From NCBI GenBank assembly GCA_051294905.1, contig CM119377.1:28954001-29018000 (forward strand): a DNA stretch of 64,000 bases, given 5' to 3'. Below are positions 62,081 to 64,000 of the stretch, piece by piece. The DNA is from Botryllus schlosseri (lineage: Eukaryota). The notes below the pieces were generated by a model. That model searched no databases. It was not told where the DNA came from and saw only the letters and a program-made list of their open reading frames with translations. The position numbers and the translations under genes are program-made. Position 1 is the first letter of the stretch. Every line of letters begins with the position of its first letter.

Positions 62081-63404
62081 ATGTCAAAATTAAGGTTTAG
62101 TTTGGCTGACAAGAGCCGTCTTATGACTCTTGTAAGCGCAAAGCTGGATGTACTTGAGGATAAAAGAAATGATGGAAATTCTATCCAAAGGAAAAATGCT
62201 GCATGGGAAGATCTTGCCGTTCAATACAATTCCTTCCCGGATGCTCAAAAGGTATCATCCAAGCAGCTTAAAAAATAGTGGAATAACATGAAGGCGAGGT
62301 AAGATTTTTGATGAAATTCTAGGAATATGCCGAGGCCAGTTCTAATGCGTAGCGTATGCATTTCAACAGATCGAAAGAAGATATAACAGAGGAACGTGCC
62401 CACCTGGCTGCAACTGGCGGAGGTCCTCCAACCAAGGCAGTACCAGAGATGTCACAGATGATCCATAGCATGATACCGGAACAATTCGAGCCACTCCAGA
62501 ATGATTTTGATTCTGACCAAGTGATGTTTGTGAACGTTTCCGTAGCATCGACATCTTCAGGTACGGTATTCCATAATAATGGACACTTCATTGATAAAAG
62601 CACCATATCAAGCAGTGATTCCCACTATTAGTAGTCAACGGTATTCGCTGTTGATATTTGAGCATCGCTGACTCTGGTTATGTAGGTTTTGATGCGTGTT
62701 GGGTTACCGCTTAGCTGCGACTCCTGTACATACCAAACTTGTGCCATACCTCCAAAATCCCTCCGTATAATAACTGTAAAACCTTATATTCGCAAACCCG
62801 AAAGCTAACACTGACCAGAATTAGCACTGCGCATTGATTGATAGTCATAAGGACCATAGCCAGTCAATGGTGATCAGGGTCTGGGGCATATCCACGATGT
62901 GATGTTGACATCGATATTGTTTATTATTAATGAGCGTTAACTAAAATCTGTGTAAATATATACAGATACATGACTAACATTCTGAGCAAAGCTTATAAGC
63001 ATATATAAGTTATTTAGAATTTATACGCATTTGTTTTGCAATGAGTGCTTTCTATATCATATATCCCAATTTCAGATGTAAGTTTCACGACTGCAACTCT
63101 GGCTTCAAGGCCGGTGGTGAAAGAAATGGAAAAGACAGAGATGCCAAGAAAGAAACCAAAAAGAGCTGAAGTTAACAACTTCATATCGGATGCCATGTTC
63201 TTGGAGCATGAGCTGAAAGTGGAAAAGATTAAATTGGAAATTGACTGCTTGCAACAGCAAAGGCTCTTAGTAGAGAAGCAGCAGTCCGTTACTGATCTGC
63301 AGTCATTACTTGTGACCAAGCAGCTGTTGATAGCAGATGCAAGGCAAAAGCTTGAAGGCTTGCCTTCACCAGACCCACTAGAAACTGGTCTACCTACTTT
63401 ATAA
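62081..63404 (+). pseudogene. Myb/SANT-like DNA-binding protein gene, 3 predicted exons (62081-62298, 62370-62560, 63076-63404), in-frame stop at 62276-62278
   Basis: FS..K..L..LV..LE.K..D....RKNAAWE.LA.QYN..S.KQLKK-WNNMK pattern; GT-AG introns; coiled-coil-like C-terminus. Confidence 0.7.
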
Positions 63405-63496
63405 AAGCTTTCAATTAAGATTCATTGCTTCTGCTTGCAGCACCGTGATGCAAATATTTTTTTGTGCTATTCGCATTTACCTGCGCATTATTGATG

Positions 63497-63960
63497 TTAC
63501 TATGCTTGTACTTGCAGCAATGTGACATGAAGGCTTTCCTTGTGCCATACCCATTTAACTGTGAAATGTTGATAGTTACTATGCTTGTACTTGCAGCAAT
63601 GTGACACGAATGCTTTCCTTGTGCCATACCCATTTAACTGTGGAATATTGATAGTTACTATGCTTGTACTTGCAGCAATGTGACATGAATGCTTTCCTTG
63701 TGCCATACCCATTTAACTGTGGAATATTGATAGTTACTATGCTTGTACTTGCAGCAATGTGACATGAATGCTTTCCTTGTGCCATACCCATTTAACTGTG
63801 AAATATTGATAGTTACTATGCTTGTACTTGCAGCAATGTGACATGAATGCTTCTCTTGTGTCATACCCATTTAACCGTGCATTATTGATAGTTACTATGC
63901 CTCTAATTGCAGCACCGTGACATCAATACGTTTCTTTTGCTATGCCCGTTTAACTGCATA
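63497..63960. repeat. 79-bp tandem repeat, ~5.5 copies
   Basis: GTTACTATGCTTGTACTTGCAGCAATGTGAC... recurs every 79 bp; terminal copies are degenerate. Confidence 0.9.
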
Positions 63961-64000
63961 AGCCATGACTTGCAACACTGCACCGTGATATTTATGCTTT

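Larger units (their letters stand above)
61482..64000 (+). mobile_element. Probable PIF/Harbinger transposon (left end + Myb/SANT gene)
   Basis: GGCCCGTATTCA terminus after CAG, plus an internal Myb-like gene; the right end lies beyond the window. Confidence 0.55.

Overview
Eukaryotic, repeat-only, heterochromatin-like window; no host protein-coding gene or CRISPR array is evident. A perfect 24-nt ATTGGAGTATTTGGTTGTATTAAG at 482-505 matches, from memory, the trans-spliced leader (SL) reported for stolidobranch ascidians (Halocynthia/Boltenia type), so the source is probably such a tunicate (inference). About a dozen decayed L1/Tx1-like non-LTR retrotransposon segments (labelled E0-E12) dominate the window; they have a CCHC ORF1 and an APE endonuclease + RT ORF2. 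Nested in them are a BEL/Pao LTR element, a Gypsy fragment, a pogo transposon, a Harbinger-like element and many hAT/P-like MITEs. The main discovery is an apparent SL-RNA-centred retrotransposon system. (1) A candidate SL RNA gene (exon 435-458, donor GTAAGCATCGG) carries two independent LINE insertions at the same site, with 10-bp target-site duplications (TSDs) offset by 1 nt. (2) Four diverged elements begin with the SL exon or its 3' part. (3) Two elements carry tandem SL-like exon+GT donor cassettes in their 3' UTRs. (4) Five 5' UTRs share a splice donor and an array of GACTC/GAGTC hairpins. (5) One head is fused to U6 and a tRNA-like sequence. Coordinates were counted by hand (allow a few nt error); no database search was possible.
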